From contig NC_087246.1 in NCBI RefSeq assembly GCF_037042905.1, forward strand, positions 61,814,001-61,878,000: DNA of 64,000 nucleotides. Reading direction: 5' to 3'. Position numbers and translations under genes: made by a program. Under the pieces are notes generated by a model. That model did not search any database. It had not been told where the DNA came from and saw nothing but the letters and a program-made list of their open reading frames with translations. Source of the DNA: Lytechinus pictus. Lineage: Eukaryota. Shown here piece after piece: positions 11,615 to 24,732 of the stretch (position 1 is the stretch's first letter; each line of letters begins with the position of its first letter).

Positions 11615-12992
11615 CATAGACAACACGGTGGTACAGCAAAAAAAATGAGATGATTGAATGTGTCACATGATTATATACAATTACAATCAAGGTCACATGA
11701 CAAGTACTGGTCACATGACAAGTACCAAGTATTTCAGAATTATAAGTACAAGTGGACAGGACACAAGAGTTATGCTAGTCACACCAACAAAACCAACTCC
11801 AAACAAATCAAAGGTATTATATCATTTGAAATGGCATATCATTGTTTGGTTTAGAGTCCATTTTGTTGGTATGGGCGTAGCATTATTCAAGCTATATTTA
11901 ATGCTTACATGGTTGACAAACACCTTTCATCTACAACAGCACATACTAGTAGTTTTATTTTGTTTGACTACCAGTAACATCAGGGATATTGAAAACTTTT
12001 AGCTCATTCAACTCAATATTGGTGGACAAATGCAAAATTATCGCTTATATTCACTTGGTCTACTTCCCAGATACCATACGAAATAAACCCATTTGGTCTG
12101 CTATCAATTTGGCCTATTTGCCATCTGGTATTCCCTGCTGTTAGCCTAATGTCCACTTAGTCTATAATACTCAATAAGTCTAAAACTCATATTGTTTAAT
12201 TTACACCTTTTTTTTCTAATTATTTTTTACTTTGTCAAACAAATTTTTTATTAATTGCAGTTCATCTAATCGTAGTGTTAGACCAAGTGGATGGTTATGA
12301 CCTTACTCAACATTTACAAAAGTGGTAAATTGGTTAAATGGTGATTAGACCAAATTATTAAATATTCTAGTATGGTTTTGTCTGTAATTTTATTGTTTGA
12401 TAATCTATATTTTTCATTTTCATTTATTACTGATGGACAATAACTATCCTGTTAATTACACATACATGTTCATCACTTTATATGAACCTTATATTAATTG
12501 GTTGCAAACAATATATAAGTAAAGAGAGTATATAGAACATGGACTGAACAATATCTCTGCTATTCGGTCCTTGATTCTGACAAGGGCAAGTGTTTTTAAG
12601 TCAATCATCTCTTCAAACAGGAATGAACATTACAAAAATATCTTTAAAAGTACCAATTCTACTTTACTCTTTTTAGTTTTCCAGGTCTGTTTGAACAACC
12701 TACATTGTAAGAATACAATATATATTTTTCTAACTTACTTTAAAATAGCAAATTAAATGTCACAGAAAGGTATGAAATATACTGAACAATCTCACAATCA
12801 GTATTACTTTTATCCTTTGTTCACAAATTCAAGTTGTGATAAACTCGGGATCAATGATGAAACAGATATATATAGAAAAAGTATTCACATAGCACCAAAA
12901 TGTTTATTTATCAGAAAAAGAAGGGTCTTATGCAATCATTTTACACAAAGATGAAGACCATCTTCACCTCCCAGAGACAATTAACCATGCAT

Positions 12993-13118
12993 GGGAGCAT
13001 TTCATGAAACAAAATAATCAGTTATTTTCAATGTTATTGTAAAATAATACAAATCTTGCAGTCTGATTGGCTGGGGGGGGGGGGGGGTTCACAGAAAGAC
13101 TTTTCAGTAAATGCTCCC
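12993..13118. mobile_element. Short MITE in the putative SRCR 3' UTR
   Basis: gggagcattt ... aaatgctccc inverted ends; internal ctgattggctg. Confidence 0.55.
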
Positions 13119-15099
13119 TGAACATTTTCTATTACTTTGTTCAAGTTTCACATCTTGATTGGTCGGTCCATTTAGCAAATGATCTCTAATCTTTGTGTTA
13201 CAGAGCCCTGCTCAGTGTTTGTAGCATACTTTGAAAAAAAAGAGAAAATTTTTCTTCTACACCAAAATTCAGGTTGTGCCTTTCATGTAGGAATCCCAAA
13301 AGGATCTCTGTTAAAATGGCAGTTAACTGACAAGTCAATGGGAGGGGGTGGGGGGGGGGGGTAGGCATTTTTCAGAACCTTCTCAGCTTGGGTTCCATAT
13401 AGAATAATCAGGCTTAGTGCCATATGATTTACGATTGATCCAATCAACCACAACTATAGAAAGCAACGTCAACATCTAAAATGCATGTTTATTCAAAATG
13501 TTTTGTAGATAATGATGTATAATCATACATTCATTGTTGTCTTGACAATTCAGTGTGCTCCTCTTTGTTTACAAAGGACATTGTGCAAATTTCCTGTATG
13601 AAAAATTATGAAATTGATGGATTTTCATATAGTTGAGGTTGATGGATCAATTGTAACTCTTTGTTTGACATGAAAGTCTATTGCGAGGCTTTGTGTTACA
13701 AGGCCTCGTTGTCAACTTGAAACACAAATTTCAAGTGTGGTAACGGTCTAAAGTTTAGGTACATTGCCAAAATGTGCAAATAAATAGTTAAAACATGAAT
13801 AAAAGAAGTAGCAGATTAAATGCTACTTTAATTGAAAACAGACTCAGTACGACAAATTGTAATATTCATAACTCTGATGAAATAAGTAAATTTCAATACA
13901 TCTATAGTGAATGCATCCACAAATATAATAAGCAGCTAAATAAATTCAATCTTCACAAGAACAGATTAGAATTGCTGGTAAAATGAACCCATTGAGGTAT
14001 ACGGCTTTCCTAAAGTCTTGATTACTTATTCAATCCTCAAATAATTTTTGTAACCTCTCATATTTGTTATAAAAAGAGCATATAAGATGAATAAAAATGA
14101 ATGATAAATTACAAAACCTAATTTAAGAATTGCCAATTTGCATTTCAAAAATTAATCCATCGTTTCAAAGTGTTGCATATTTAGATAGTGTAAGCATCAG
14201 TTTAAGTTTGTATTAATGAGCAGTGAGCACAAGATAGTACACTTCAGTATCATTTTATTCATATACATTTTCTCCTTTTAATCATATGAATAAGAAATCA
14301 GGAAAAATAGGAAATACACAATGGCATCTTTAAATAAGACATTATACCTCTATGGGTTACCAATAGAGACTGAATTGGATATACTGCAAAGTATCTTTGG
14401 GAGGATTTGGTAGCTTTTCTTCTTAAAATTATTAATCAAAATCAAATATCAATTAAAACAAGAACAATTTTCAAATTCAGTAGTCATGTAGATAATTATT
14501 TTGCCTTTAAATAGTAGTTATCGACCAACATGACTTTAACACAAAACAATAAATTATAGTGACAAACATTAAGTCTTGCATAAAGAGTATATACATAGTC
14601 CTACTCAGTCTGTCTGTAAATTGTAAAAACTTTATTCACATGATCATTGAAAATGTATGAGAAAACACCAAATATCACATTTATATAAAACAGTTTTCAA
14701 AATTGTAATAATCTTTGTTTAGTAGTAGTTTCACTTTTCCACTCATCTGGCCAATCAAAATAAAATATAAGGAAGATATTCTGAATGATGAATTATCAAG
14801 GAGAGGAAATATGAAATGAATAATATATTCATTGACAGAAAGTGATTCTATGGTAGATATAAATTGGAAATATCATAAAAAAGATGAAATACTCATTCAA
14901 TTGCTTTGATGCTTCCATACCAGAACAATGCCAATTTAACTTCTACAGCAATGTGGTCCTTTTGCTATAAATTGGAAAGTATTGGGTTGCAGGAAAATGA
15001 GTACAGATCAAAATGATTTTATACATAGATATCAAATGATCTGTCTTTCATCCGAAGTTGTGTCTTACGCTATAAAATCACTTAGAACTATTTGCAAAT

Positions 15100-15299
15100 G
15101 GGCAATTCCATAAAATATGTACGTCCTACCCCCTATATGTGGGACCTTCATGAAGTTTTTTGTCTCTGATTTCTGATTCTTTTTGTAAGTCTGTAATGTC
15201 TTCAAAGGGTCATGACTTGGTCAGTTTATGAAGTGAAGTAAGACTCGAAAAAATGGGGGTCGGATGTACAAAAAGGTTGATAATTTTATGGAATTGCCC
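15100..15299. mobile_element. MITE with 4-bp TSD (possibly Sola-like) in the putative 3' UTR
   Basis: 17-bp TIRs gggcaattccataaaat and attttatggaattgccc; aaat is duplicated on both flanks. Confidence 0.7.
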
Positions 15300-15966
15300 A
15301 AATGCATTTTTTTTTACAAATCATTAAAAAATGCAAAATCAATCTTTGACTTCTTCATAGAAATCATTTCTGTAATTCTACACTTCCTCATGAGAAGAAG
15401 TTTCAACTGTTGTTACTAGAACCTTCTAAAATCACTGAGAAAAATGTACATTTTTAACCAGTTGAACAAGGACTGGTCGGTTCATGTTTGCAACAGGAAA
15501 CAGCCCCTAAATTAGGTAAGGGTAAGTCTTCTTGGTCCTATGTCTGAACTAGTTGAGAAGTTGTGCATCTAACACAGAGCAGAAGTCCATGGGTGAAAGC
15601 AAATGTGCAACATCCAAGAAGAACTTCACTATAGGAGGATCACTTAATCCCCCATCTTTATTTTTGTTGTGAATAGTAGTGGTCATTTTACAGCAAAGAA
15701 AGCATGAGTGCTGTTGGTGTCACAGAGGTCAAAAGGTGACAGACGAAGCTTTTCAGGAATTTTTTACCACACACTAAACTCTCAATAAAATACAACTCCT
15801 TGCAGCATAAATTTATAACTAAATCAAAACAAGTCAATCAATAAAACAGGTACACAAGAAAGGAATGGAAAAAATTAGAGTGTCATTATCCGCCAAGAAG
15901 TGGAATCCAAGGCAAGGTGACTAATGCGAGAACGATGATAATGATTGACCAGATGAGTACCTTACG

Positions 15967-16430
15967 TCATTGTTGCGAGATGCATCTATTATACGACGGG
16001 GGCGGGGGCACTATATTTTCCGCGCTTTGGAGCATCTGGGCAAAGGCATCTGGGTGACGCAAGACAATTTCATAAGAAGGCGGTCCCCCGCTCAGAGCCT
16101 CAAGCTCTTCGCAAATAGTTCCATTCGGTGAGACCGGGCTGGATACGGGACTCGTGGTGCTGCTCCCTATGGAGGTCCTGGAGCAGATGGTGAAGGGGAG
16201 GGCGTCGTAACGCCGGGAGTTGTGCGGGAATCCATTGCTGGATCGGCCAGAGCGTGACGCAGAGTGTACCATCATGACGACCATGGGGGTGGAACGCGTC
16301 CGAGGGGAAGAGGTTTCCTCGATACGACGGTCGCAGGATTTACAGGCATAGTGAAGTAGGGCACCACCAATGATGATGAAAGAAAATGCAGAGATCATGG
16401 ATATTGCGATGATTGCACCCGGTGGCAGCT
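15967..16430 (-). CDS. Terminal exon: transmembrane helix and cytoplasmic tail with two PPxY motifs
   Basis: QLPPGAIIAISMISAFSFIIIGGALLHYACKSCDRR (TM followed by Cys and basic residues), then a Ser/Thr-rich tail, GPPSYEIV, PPPPSYNRC and TGA. Acceptor ttaacag is phase 1 and continues from the preceding exon. Confidence 0.88.
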
Positions 16431-17523
16431 CTGTTAAGTGCAATAAAAATAAAAGTTAAATCAAACTTCATGCAATAAATGTTTGAACATAATACAAATA
16501 CTTATACAAACATTTTACTTTGATGCTTTCCCCAAAGTCAAACTAAATTTCTGGAAAACAATATTGATAGAATGAAATTTTCAAATTAACTCTAGTGTGT
16601 ATGAAATTATGCTACAAAAGTTTTTAAGCACCTTCTTTCTGCGATAATAATAGAAAACAAAGAAAGCATGTCATCTTTCTCTCTTGTTGAGATCATAAAC
16701 AGCATAAAATAAATCCATTTAGACCAGCAAAACTAATAATAATCATACATTTATGATTTTTGGTAGAAAACACAATTTTCATTGACTTTGTACATGAAAC
16801 CACGTTTTTGAGCAATTTTTTTGTCCGACATGCACTTACAAAATGTTGCATAATTTCGGAACCGCATACCCCGGTGTTGCAAAATTGGTCTCAAAAGATG
16901 TGCAAGACTTGAAATTAGAAAGTCAGGGAGCGGCGTGGTAAAAAAAATTCATGCGACAAAAAATATTGTGCGAATCGTCGAGGGGGGAACCTCTCCGAGC
17001 CCCTTCCTGCTAGATAGGGTTAAGGCAATTAATTACTTGAGAAATTAGCTAGTATTTATTTTTTTATACACTATCTATCAAAGAATGAAAGCATTTGGAT
17101 TTGGAGCATTGGTTATTCATGCTAAAAAAATCGTCTCATTTTAGGACTGTATCTTATCCTTGAAAGTCAATATTACAAATGGCAAATCCCATTTCTAAAA
17201 AAAATCTTTGTATGACTTGGCCAAGCATCAAACCCATGACATTCTGTTGATGACACTGGCACTCTTCCACTGAGCAGTCATGTCCTGTAATAATCTCCAG
17301 AGAATTGGTAGCCTTAGACCAGGAATATCATCATCATCACCTAGTGCTGTCCCTTTGAAAGGGGTTGGAGGCTATGCACCTTCGATTGCCTTCTGTTACT
17401 AACCCTCGTTCTAAATTCTTAATATCCCAAGACCAGTCCATTTCTTGATATCATCAAACCAAGTGCTTCGCTTTCTACCCCTTTCTCCTTTACCCTCTAT
17501 ATATCTGCCAATAACAAACTTAC

Positions 17524-17767
17524 GGCTTGAGGAATCGGATGCAGCAGTGATGAGGCTGGTGCCTTCCGCCTTGCAGATGACCGCTGCATCCTCATTGTGA
17601 ATGCAGTCATGGATGTGAAGTTCATTGTGATCACACTCCAGGAGGTTTGGCTCATCTCCCTTGCAGTCCACATTGTCCAGGAGGATGTTGACAAGGCCAG
17701 GGCCAAAGGTCGTTGCTTGGGTCAGGGCTCGCAGGGCATCGGGAAATCCCAGCTGACGACACACCAC
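17524..17767 (-). CDS. SRCR domain 4, C-terminal half exon plus stalk
   Basis: VVCRQLGFPDA...FGPGLVNILLDNVDCKGDEPNLLECDH...HDCIHNEDAAVIC. Acceptor tatttcag, donor C|GTAAGT; 244 bp, phase 0-1. Confidence 0.95.
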
Positions 17768-18352
17768 CTGAAATAATGTGAGCAAGATGAAGAAGGTGGA
17801 AAGGAGAGAGCAAGAATGAAAAAAAGAAAATTGAGGAGAGGAGAAGAAAGTTTATATGATAGATAAGGAAATAAACTACCATGGTACAATGTTCACCAGC
17901 ATCAAGTTATTTTATGATGGGGGTGTACATACCTCACAATAATCCTGAAATGGAGTCTAAGGAACTGACTACAAAATATAAAATATGGGGACTAGGGGAC
18001 TGTACAGGCAGAGTGAAAACATTGGGTCTTTCGAACTAAATTGATCTACATGCTATCATGTGCTATATACCACAATACATATGAGTGCTTCATTTTTGTG
18101 GTAACCCTTAACTCATTCATATTGTTTGGCAGCACCGCATTGCTGGAAAGTACCTCTGTCGTTGAATTGTATTTGTTAATTTATGAAGGGTCTTTTGTAT
18201 GGTTGTACAGGTAATGCAGAGGAGGCTTGTGGTTCACTGTGTGGTTTAAAAAAAGGGGATCATCAAACCTACACGCCCTGATACATTATACATGAATGCC
18301 CCCCCCCCCACCGGTCAAGGTCAAGGTACCTTACAAGGGTGTACTAACTTAC

Positions 18353-18468
18353 CCTTGCATCTTTGATATCCCACTGGTCATCACAGATTGTATACCAGTC
18401 GCTGTCATGGTAGATCTCAACGCGACCTTGATGGTCATCATCTGACCCTGCTAACCTTACATCAGCCT
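18353..18468 (-). CDS. SRCR domain 4, N-terminal half exon
   Basis: EADVRLAGSDDDHQGRVEIYHDSDWYTICDDQWDIKDAR. Acceptor ttctttcag, donor AGG|GTAAGT; 116 bp, phase 1-0. Not in the ORF track. Confidence 0.95.
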
Positions 18469-18539
18469 CTGAAAGAAATCAAGATCAATAATAAATGATC
18501 AATAATAGCAACACATTCCGAATAATAGCAAAGTATCCC

Positions 18540-18882
18540 GGTGGGTGTTTCGTAAAGGTGTTCATAAGTTACGAGCAACTTTACGAACGGCTAGTGATCA
18601 TTTCTTGTGGTAAATGATTTACACCAAATTTTCGTTGATGTTGATTTAGTGCATGAGAAAGGATCACCAGTCATTTGTTAAGTTCCTTGTAGCTTACAAA
18701 CAGCTTTAAGAAACACCTTCCAGGAGGATTTAGGAGGGTGGGAGGGGGGGGGGTACAGGGGACAGGTGCATTTCTTGGTTGAAAGGGTGATGACCTATTC
18801 CTTTCTTTCTTTAATTTTTACTTATCAATTTTTCTTCTTCAGAGAAAAAGCCCCAACTTTGTAAATCCTGGAACTGCCTCTG
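18540..18882. mobile_element. Two adjacent MITEs (Harbinger-like, then hAT-like GC-rich)
   Basis: ggtgtttcgtaaag ... ctttaagaaacacc (18540-18720), followed by caggaggatttagg ... aatcctggaactgcctctg, which resembles the 11204 element. Confidence 0.55.
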
Positions 18883-19213
18883 TTCTGAGTTCAAAAGTCA
18901 GGGAAGTCAATCGATATTATGTAACAATAATAGCTATTGTCACTGAGCTGTTAAAACCTTGAATCTCAAAATGTGAATATTTTGAGGGAAGATCAGAAAA
19001 AGAAGTATTTAGAGATATGGCAATGGTGGCAACCTCACATTGAAAACGGTCTCTTAATTCATAAAGAGAGCACTTTTTAGGCAAAACAAAGATTGTTATT
19101 TATGCCATAACTCTAAAATCAAGCTTTTTGTGAGCTCTCTTAAATTTTGGGATACAAAGTTAAGCAGCCTAGCAGCATTATTCTTTTATTGGTGCCCAAC
19201 AGATTATACGAAC

Positions 19214-19636
19214 CTGCAAATTTTTTCTTCTTAATAACTGGTATGAGCGTGGAATTTGCTAAATGAATGTCTGTTAAATTGCTCTGATCTGCCAGCCACC
19301 AATCTTCGTCGGGTTCAATGTTTGAGCACTCTGCAGCCGCAAAGCCATACTGGCAAGTCCACGGACTATTGAAATCTTCCATTGAGAAATCACACTGCTC
19401 CAGGGAGCTTTCCGTCCCTATGCACTTGAATTCACCAAATTTGGAATGACAGTTGATCTTGTTCCACGGGCAGAATGGTTGTCGACGTGGCAACCCAGAC
19501 AGGTAGCCACGTTGCCTACAAGCCACAAGGGCATCTCGTTTGTCCCACTGGGAATCTGCACAGATGTTCCACCAGATGCCTTCATAGAAGATTTCCACCA
19601 GGCCCACTTTGGTAGGTACTAATCTTACACCATGAC
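19214..19636 (-). CDS. SRCR domain 3 exon (divergent) plus linker
   Basis: GHGVRLVPTKVGLVEIFYEGIWWNICADSQWDKRDALVACRQRGY...CIGTESSLEQC...AAAEC. Acceptor ttctcccag; the best phase-1 donor is GCAG|GTTCGT at 19213, so the 3' boundary is less certain. Confidence 0.88.
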
Positions 19637-20178
19637 CTGGGAGAAAGGAGTTGGAAAATGTTACAAAAAACAATATTAAGAGAGACGTCTTTTCAATTAA
19701 TTGCAATGTCACAATATAGCAAAGATCTTCAAGAATTCAACAAGAAAAAGGAAAATCATAATAGTTTTCATAGGTGTTTGCTTTACTTTACGCATCTTCA
19801 AAGTGTATACTGAGACAATGACACATGAACATAGATTTCAAGAAAAAGTGTACGAGGAATTAGTGGAAAAAAACAAAAGAGCAGCTTTTCAATCTCTTAA
19901 GGTATTGGCTAGATGTTTGTCCAGATGAGGCAGCAATTTCAAGAACTTGGTAAAAAATATTTCTTAAATTGTTTTTAAGTAATATCAGACAATATTCAAA
20001 AGGACAAGCCTTCACAATTATTTGTGTTATTTAATGCACATATATATTTAGAATGTAATTTCATGCTTTCATATTCCTGTCCGATTTTCATAACAAATAC
20101 TAATTTTTGAAATGCTTGGTAGCTTTATAGTGGTCCTTTGCAAATAGCAGTTTCTATGACTAAACAAACATTACTCAC

Positions 20179-20523
20179 CAGCTCGCATAGAAGTCTCCAT
20201 GCTACAGCGTACCCCAATGACCTCTGTTCTCTTATTGCAGTTATGTGTCCAGGCACTCTGATGGTGGCAATCCCATAGTCTCCTCTCGTCACCATTGCAC
20301 CGGACATCGTCAAGGATTATCGGACCGAATCCGGATCCAAACGAAGAGGATGGTAGGTAGGTCAAGGCGAAAGGGTAGCCGAGTTGTCGGCAGGCTACGT
20401 AGGCAGCCGTTTTGGAGAAACGATCCTTGCAGACGGTGCCCCATATGCCGTGGACAAAGACCTCAAGCCTGCCCTCGCTCGGTTTCTCACCGTCACGTAG
20501 TCGTAAGGAATACAGTGGAGGAT
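20179..20523 (-). CDS. SRCR domain 2 exon
   Basis: DPPLYSLRLRDGEKPSEGRLEVFVHGIWGTVCKDRFSKTAAYVACRQLGY...GSGFGPIILDDVRCNGDERRLWDC...HNC...IGVRC, a canonical SRCR. Acceptor ctcattacag, donor G|GTGAGT; 345 bp, phase 1-1. Confidence 0.95.
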
Positions 20524-23228
20524 CTGTAATGAGAAAATATATAACAAAGATACTACTAGAAAAGTGAAAGTGGTGGTTATGTAGTAAAGCATAAGGTAGT
20601 TAATTAGTTAGAAGGTTAATAATATTGTATATCAATCCATATCAGGATATCAGTCAACTCCTAATAATCGATTGTGTTTTTAGGTGAAACTATCTAAAGG
20701 AATACTGTTGGCTAAAACAATATGGTATGATTAAAAAGAGTTAAAAAAATATGAATAAACAGATGAAAATATGAAAGTTCCATTCATTTTTGACATCAGA
20801 CACTGATGAAATTTCAATTATTTCTTGTTTATATTACATCAAGTAATTTTCAGTAATCTTACTATATGTTAGATTATCATATTCTTCTTGTCTGGAGCAT
20901 TCCTTCAAATTTCACTTGAAATTCAATATCACTATTTCATCAACAGGATGTCCATGTAAAATTTGACAAAAATAAGGAGAAAAATATCCAAACATAATAA
21001 AAATCACACCATCTCTTTTTTCTCTCTGGCTTTTCGTTCTTCATGATAAAAAAGTCTAGGGATTTTACATATTTACATTTGCTATATCATTTTTTAATTT
21101 ATCATTATAAAGACTGTGCTTTTAAAAAAAGTGAAGTATTTTTCAGGCGAAGTCCCATGATCTTCCTTCAATTTACAACAAGATCATTTCAACAGCTTGT
21201 CATTAGATGATTGAAAAAGGGCATTTTGAGGGTAGTTTTCATGAATAAATCTTGTTAACGTTTGCTTTAAAAGTGGGTCATGAACTGTATCCAATTCCTT
21301 TCAAGACATCAAACATACAGTAGAAATTCAATTTAGACTCGCCTCAAACAATGTTTTGCTATTCAATCTACCAGTTGATATCAAATACAAACATGAAATT
21401 CAATTTAGAGTTCAGTTGTAGTGTATATATATTTTCAACTCAATGTGGCAGTTGTTATGACCCTTACTCGAGGCTGATACCTTCAATCATCAATACCTCT
21501 GATATCAATCCACATCCAACTGTCACATCTTTTCTCCGTTATGAATGCCTTGTCAAATAGGTCTTGTCCATTTCCTCCCATATTTAATGAGAAATGATAA
21601 AAGATGTCAAAACTGGGAGGGTTCATCTTCATCATGATTTTGCGGATGGATGTCGGCAAGAAGAGGTAGCAGTAGTGTGGCCATGCAACTACCAACCAAG
21701 CCAAAGACCAAACAGCATCTGTCTGGTACATTACAGACGGTGGCCATTATCCCCGAAGAAAATTAGACAAGCAAAAAGAAAAAAAAGGGCCCTTACTTTT
21801 GTACAAATGACCTATTCCCATACAAATATATGCTGCGACTTTCAAAGGGGGGGGGGCACACTTATGTAAGAACAGCATATTCACATTAAAAATTTGGATT
21901 ATGGTTCTCAAAGGAGGGGGGGACATGGGCCGGATGTGCCCATCCACCCTGGATCCGCAACTGACTTGAGGTCACGAGAGCGATCCACTCACTTCAAGAA
22001 CCAGCTCACAAATTCCTTTTGACATTTACAACCATGACCAAACCACAAAAAATCATTTATAATGCCAGTAAAGAAATAAGCTATGCTAATGCATGTACAT
22101 GTACAGTAGTTTGAGCCAAGAAACAGAGAACATAATAAAGTGAGTAATTCTACAACTACAGATTGTATACTTGAATGTTATTTTTACCTTTTGACGGTTT
22201 CAAATAGAGGAGGTGCCATTGTTCAAGTAGTGAATAGGCAAAAAAAAAGAAAAATGGAAGAGGGAAGAAAGAGGAAAGAATATATAAAAAAGAAACAATT
22301 GGGTCATACCCCTATTTTTCAACTGATAAAGAAAATGACATCACACTTAGGTTCCACCATCAAAATATCCTGGAGCTACCCCCTGTAGTAAAATCATGAA
22401 TTCATTTTAAGTCATTGACTTATTATCATCTTTCACACAAACCTGAAAATAATTGTTGACTCATTTCAAGCTTGGTATAAAGTCAGATGATAATGCAGCA
22501 GTTTTCTCTAACTACTACTAAAAAAAATCTTTAAGAATTCCTTGCATGGTAATACTGAACCATATGGCAGCTATTTTATTAATCCACACTGAAAAGGGTA
22601 TTTCCATACAAAGAAGATGGAGGAGAGCTCTTAAAAGTCAACAACCCCTTTTCCGTTGAGATACAACATTAATCTACATTTGATCTTGATATGAAGCTTT
22701 AGACAAACATGAATCAATTCTCGTTATAAAGATAAAGAATAACCTGTTGTATACAACATAATTCATGTAGAGTTCAGTGACATTATGTTATTTTGTAACA
22801 ATATTTTTTTCCTAATAATTTGTGGTCAAAGTCACAGTGATACGACGGTTTGGGAAAATAAAAAAATTATATAAATCCATTCCTTTTGGAAGATATGATT
22901 TTTCTTTTTTTAATCTAGGAACACTTTCAAAACGTGTAGAATTTCCTAATGCAATTTGTCAGTCCCTTGGTAAGGAGTATACCTAGACAATTGGCCTACT
23001 TCTCTGACAAAAGTCAATACATGTTTAAATGCATCCAATCAAAGAGTGTTCACACTTACCAATCTTCGTGTTTAAATCTTGAATATTAGAGGTTAGAGGT
23101 AGTTTTTTTTGCATGACTTCTAAGAAAGCATGAATGATTATTATAAAGTCAAATCATATTCCAAATCTATTAAACCAAAATTCATTTATTAATTAATTTC
23201 AAAAGACAATATGTAAAAAGACATGCAT

Positions 23229-23505
23229 CAAGTGAGAACATTAAAATTGTATCATACAAACATTTCATCACTGAGAACTGTAATATTGTATCGTATATAC
23301 AAAACATCATTTCTCAAGTGAGAATGGCAAAAATTGTATCCTATAAAAAAAAACTTTTTAGGTGAGAATGGTAAATATAGTATCATAATTTAAATAAATG
23401 AGATAGAATAGTAAAGCATCGCTTTCCGAGTATTGAATGGTAAAAATCCTACCAATGTACACAAAATATCATTTCTAAAGTGTGAACGGTAAAAGTCGTA
23501 TCTCA
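23229..23505. repeat. Degenerate minisatellite (unit about 40-45 bp)
   Basis: About 7 recurrences of a gtgagaatggtaaaa.tgtatc-like motif. Confidence 0.6.
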
Positions 23506-24499
23506 TCTCACAGCTTGAAGTCATTGCGAGAGTATGATCGGGTGGTGCCCTAAAACTGTCATGTTATCCATCATCCATTAGATTAAGCGTGTCCGTGACA
23601 ACTATGTCCGCAGGACAGCCATGTGGACAATGTTCAGAGCTAGTATATGACCAATTCAAATGAATGAGGGAAGTAGCATATGATTTGAATTCCTATAACG
23701 AAAACCTATCAATTCTCAATCTTGGGGAAAAAATGATTCTCATGATTAAAAGCAAAATTTTCCATCATTATTATCATTATTATGATCATCTTTGTCAGCA
23801 GTATCACCATGGTTATGATCATCATTATTGTTATCTTATGAAGGTGAAGACGTAGCACTCTTAATTGTTCTGGATTTAATATTTATATCAAGGTACTGTG
23901 CAGTTCGAGTAACTTATAAATTATGTTATCCACATTAATAGAGATTTAATTTGGAAAGATAATCTGGTGTATGAGTCCCTAAACTTTACAATAAAAACTG
24001 GCAGGTACTGTGGTTCCAACAGTTTTCAAAGACTTGGCGTCAATGTAGCACAGATATGAACACCAGAAATTTAACAAAAGCCTGATGTTGGTTGGGTATT
24101 CTACATCCAAGTTTATGTAGTGTTGCATATCAGGGGGTGTTTCACAAAGATTTTAAAGTGAGACTAAAAGTTGCACTTAAATTCCTGATTGCTTGCAGAA
24201 TAAAATGCATTACCACATAGGTCAGATCATCATAGGGCTCAGAGGAAGCACAATATGGTTTATGAGATTGCACATTAATGTATGCATTAGCATTTAACGC
24301 ATAAAGTCACACTCTTTGTAAAACACACTTTGGGGATAATCTTTAGACTATTAACCCCTTTGGTCTGATATCAGATGCAGAGAATAATGATCATAGAATA
24401 AAAATGACTCATTTCATGTGTTTTCACAAAACTTTCAAGCCAAATTCAAATGAATGATTTCCAGGCTATTGTCAGCAATCATACCCAACTCAAAACCAC

Positions 24500-24732
24500 G
24501 GGGGGGGGGGGGGGGGGGGGGCTGTTTCACAAAGACTGAAGTATGACTTACAGTCGCACTTAAATGTCTAGTTGTGTGCGGTATAAAAGGCATGACCACA
24601 TTTGTCAGATCGTGCGAAGAGGACGGACACAACTGTGTATTGATCAATAAGATTGCGCGTAGCATATCTTGTATGCGTCGGCATTTAAGTGCGACTCTAA
24701 GTCATACTTAAATCTTTGTGAAACACCCCCCC
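24500..24732. mobile_element. Harbinger-like MITE (a decayed relative lies at about 24131-24330)
   Basis: tgtttcacaaagactgaagtatgacttacagtcgcacttaaatg pairs with catttaagtgcgactctaagtcatacttaaatctttgtgaaaca. Confidence 0.8.

Noticed and set aside
16520-17023. piggyBac-like element ending ...agggTTAA
   Set aside because: Only one terminus is recognisable and no matching TIR or TSD was found, so it was not called.
21466-21750. Short minus-strand ORFs ending near a GTAAG donor in the SRCR intron
   Set aside because: The frames examined stop before the donor and show no similarity to a known domain.
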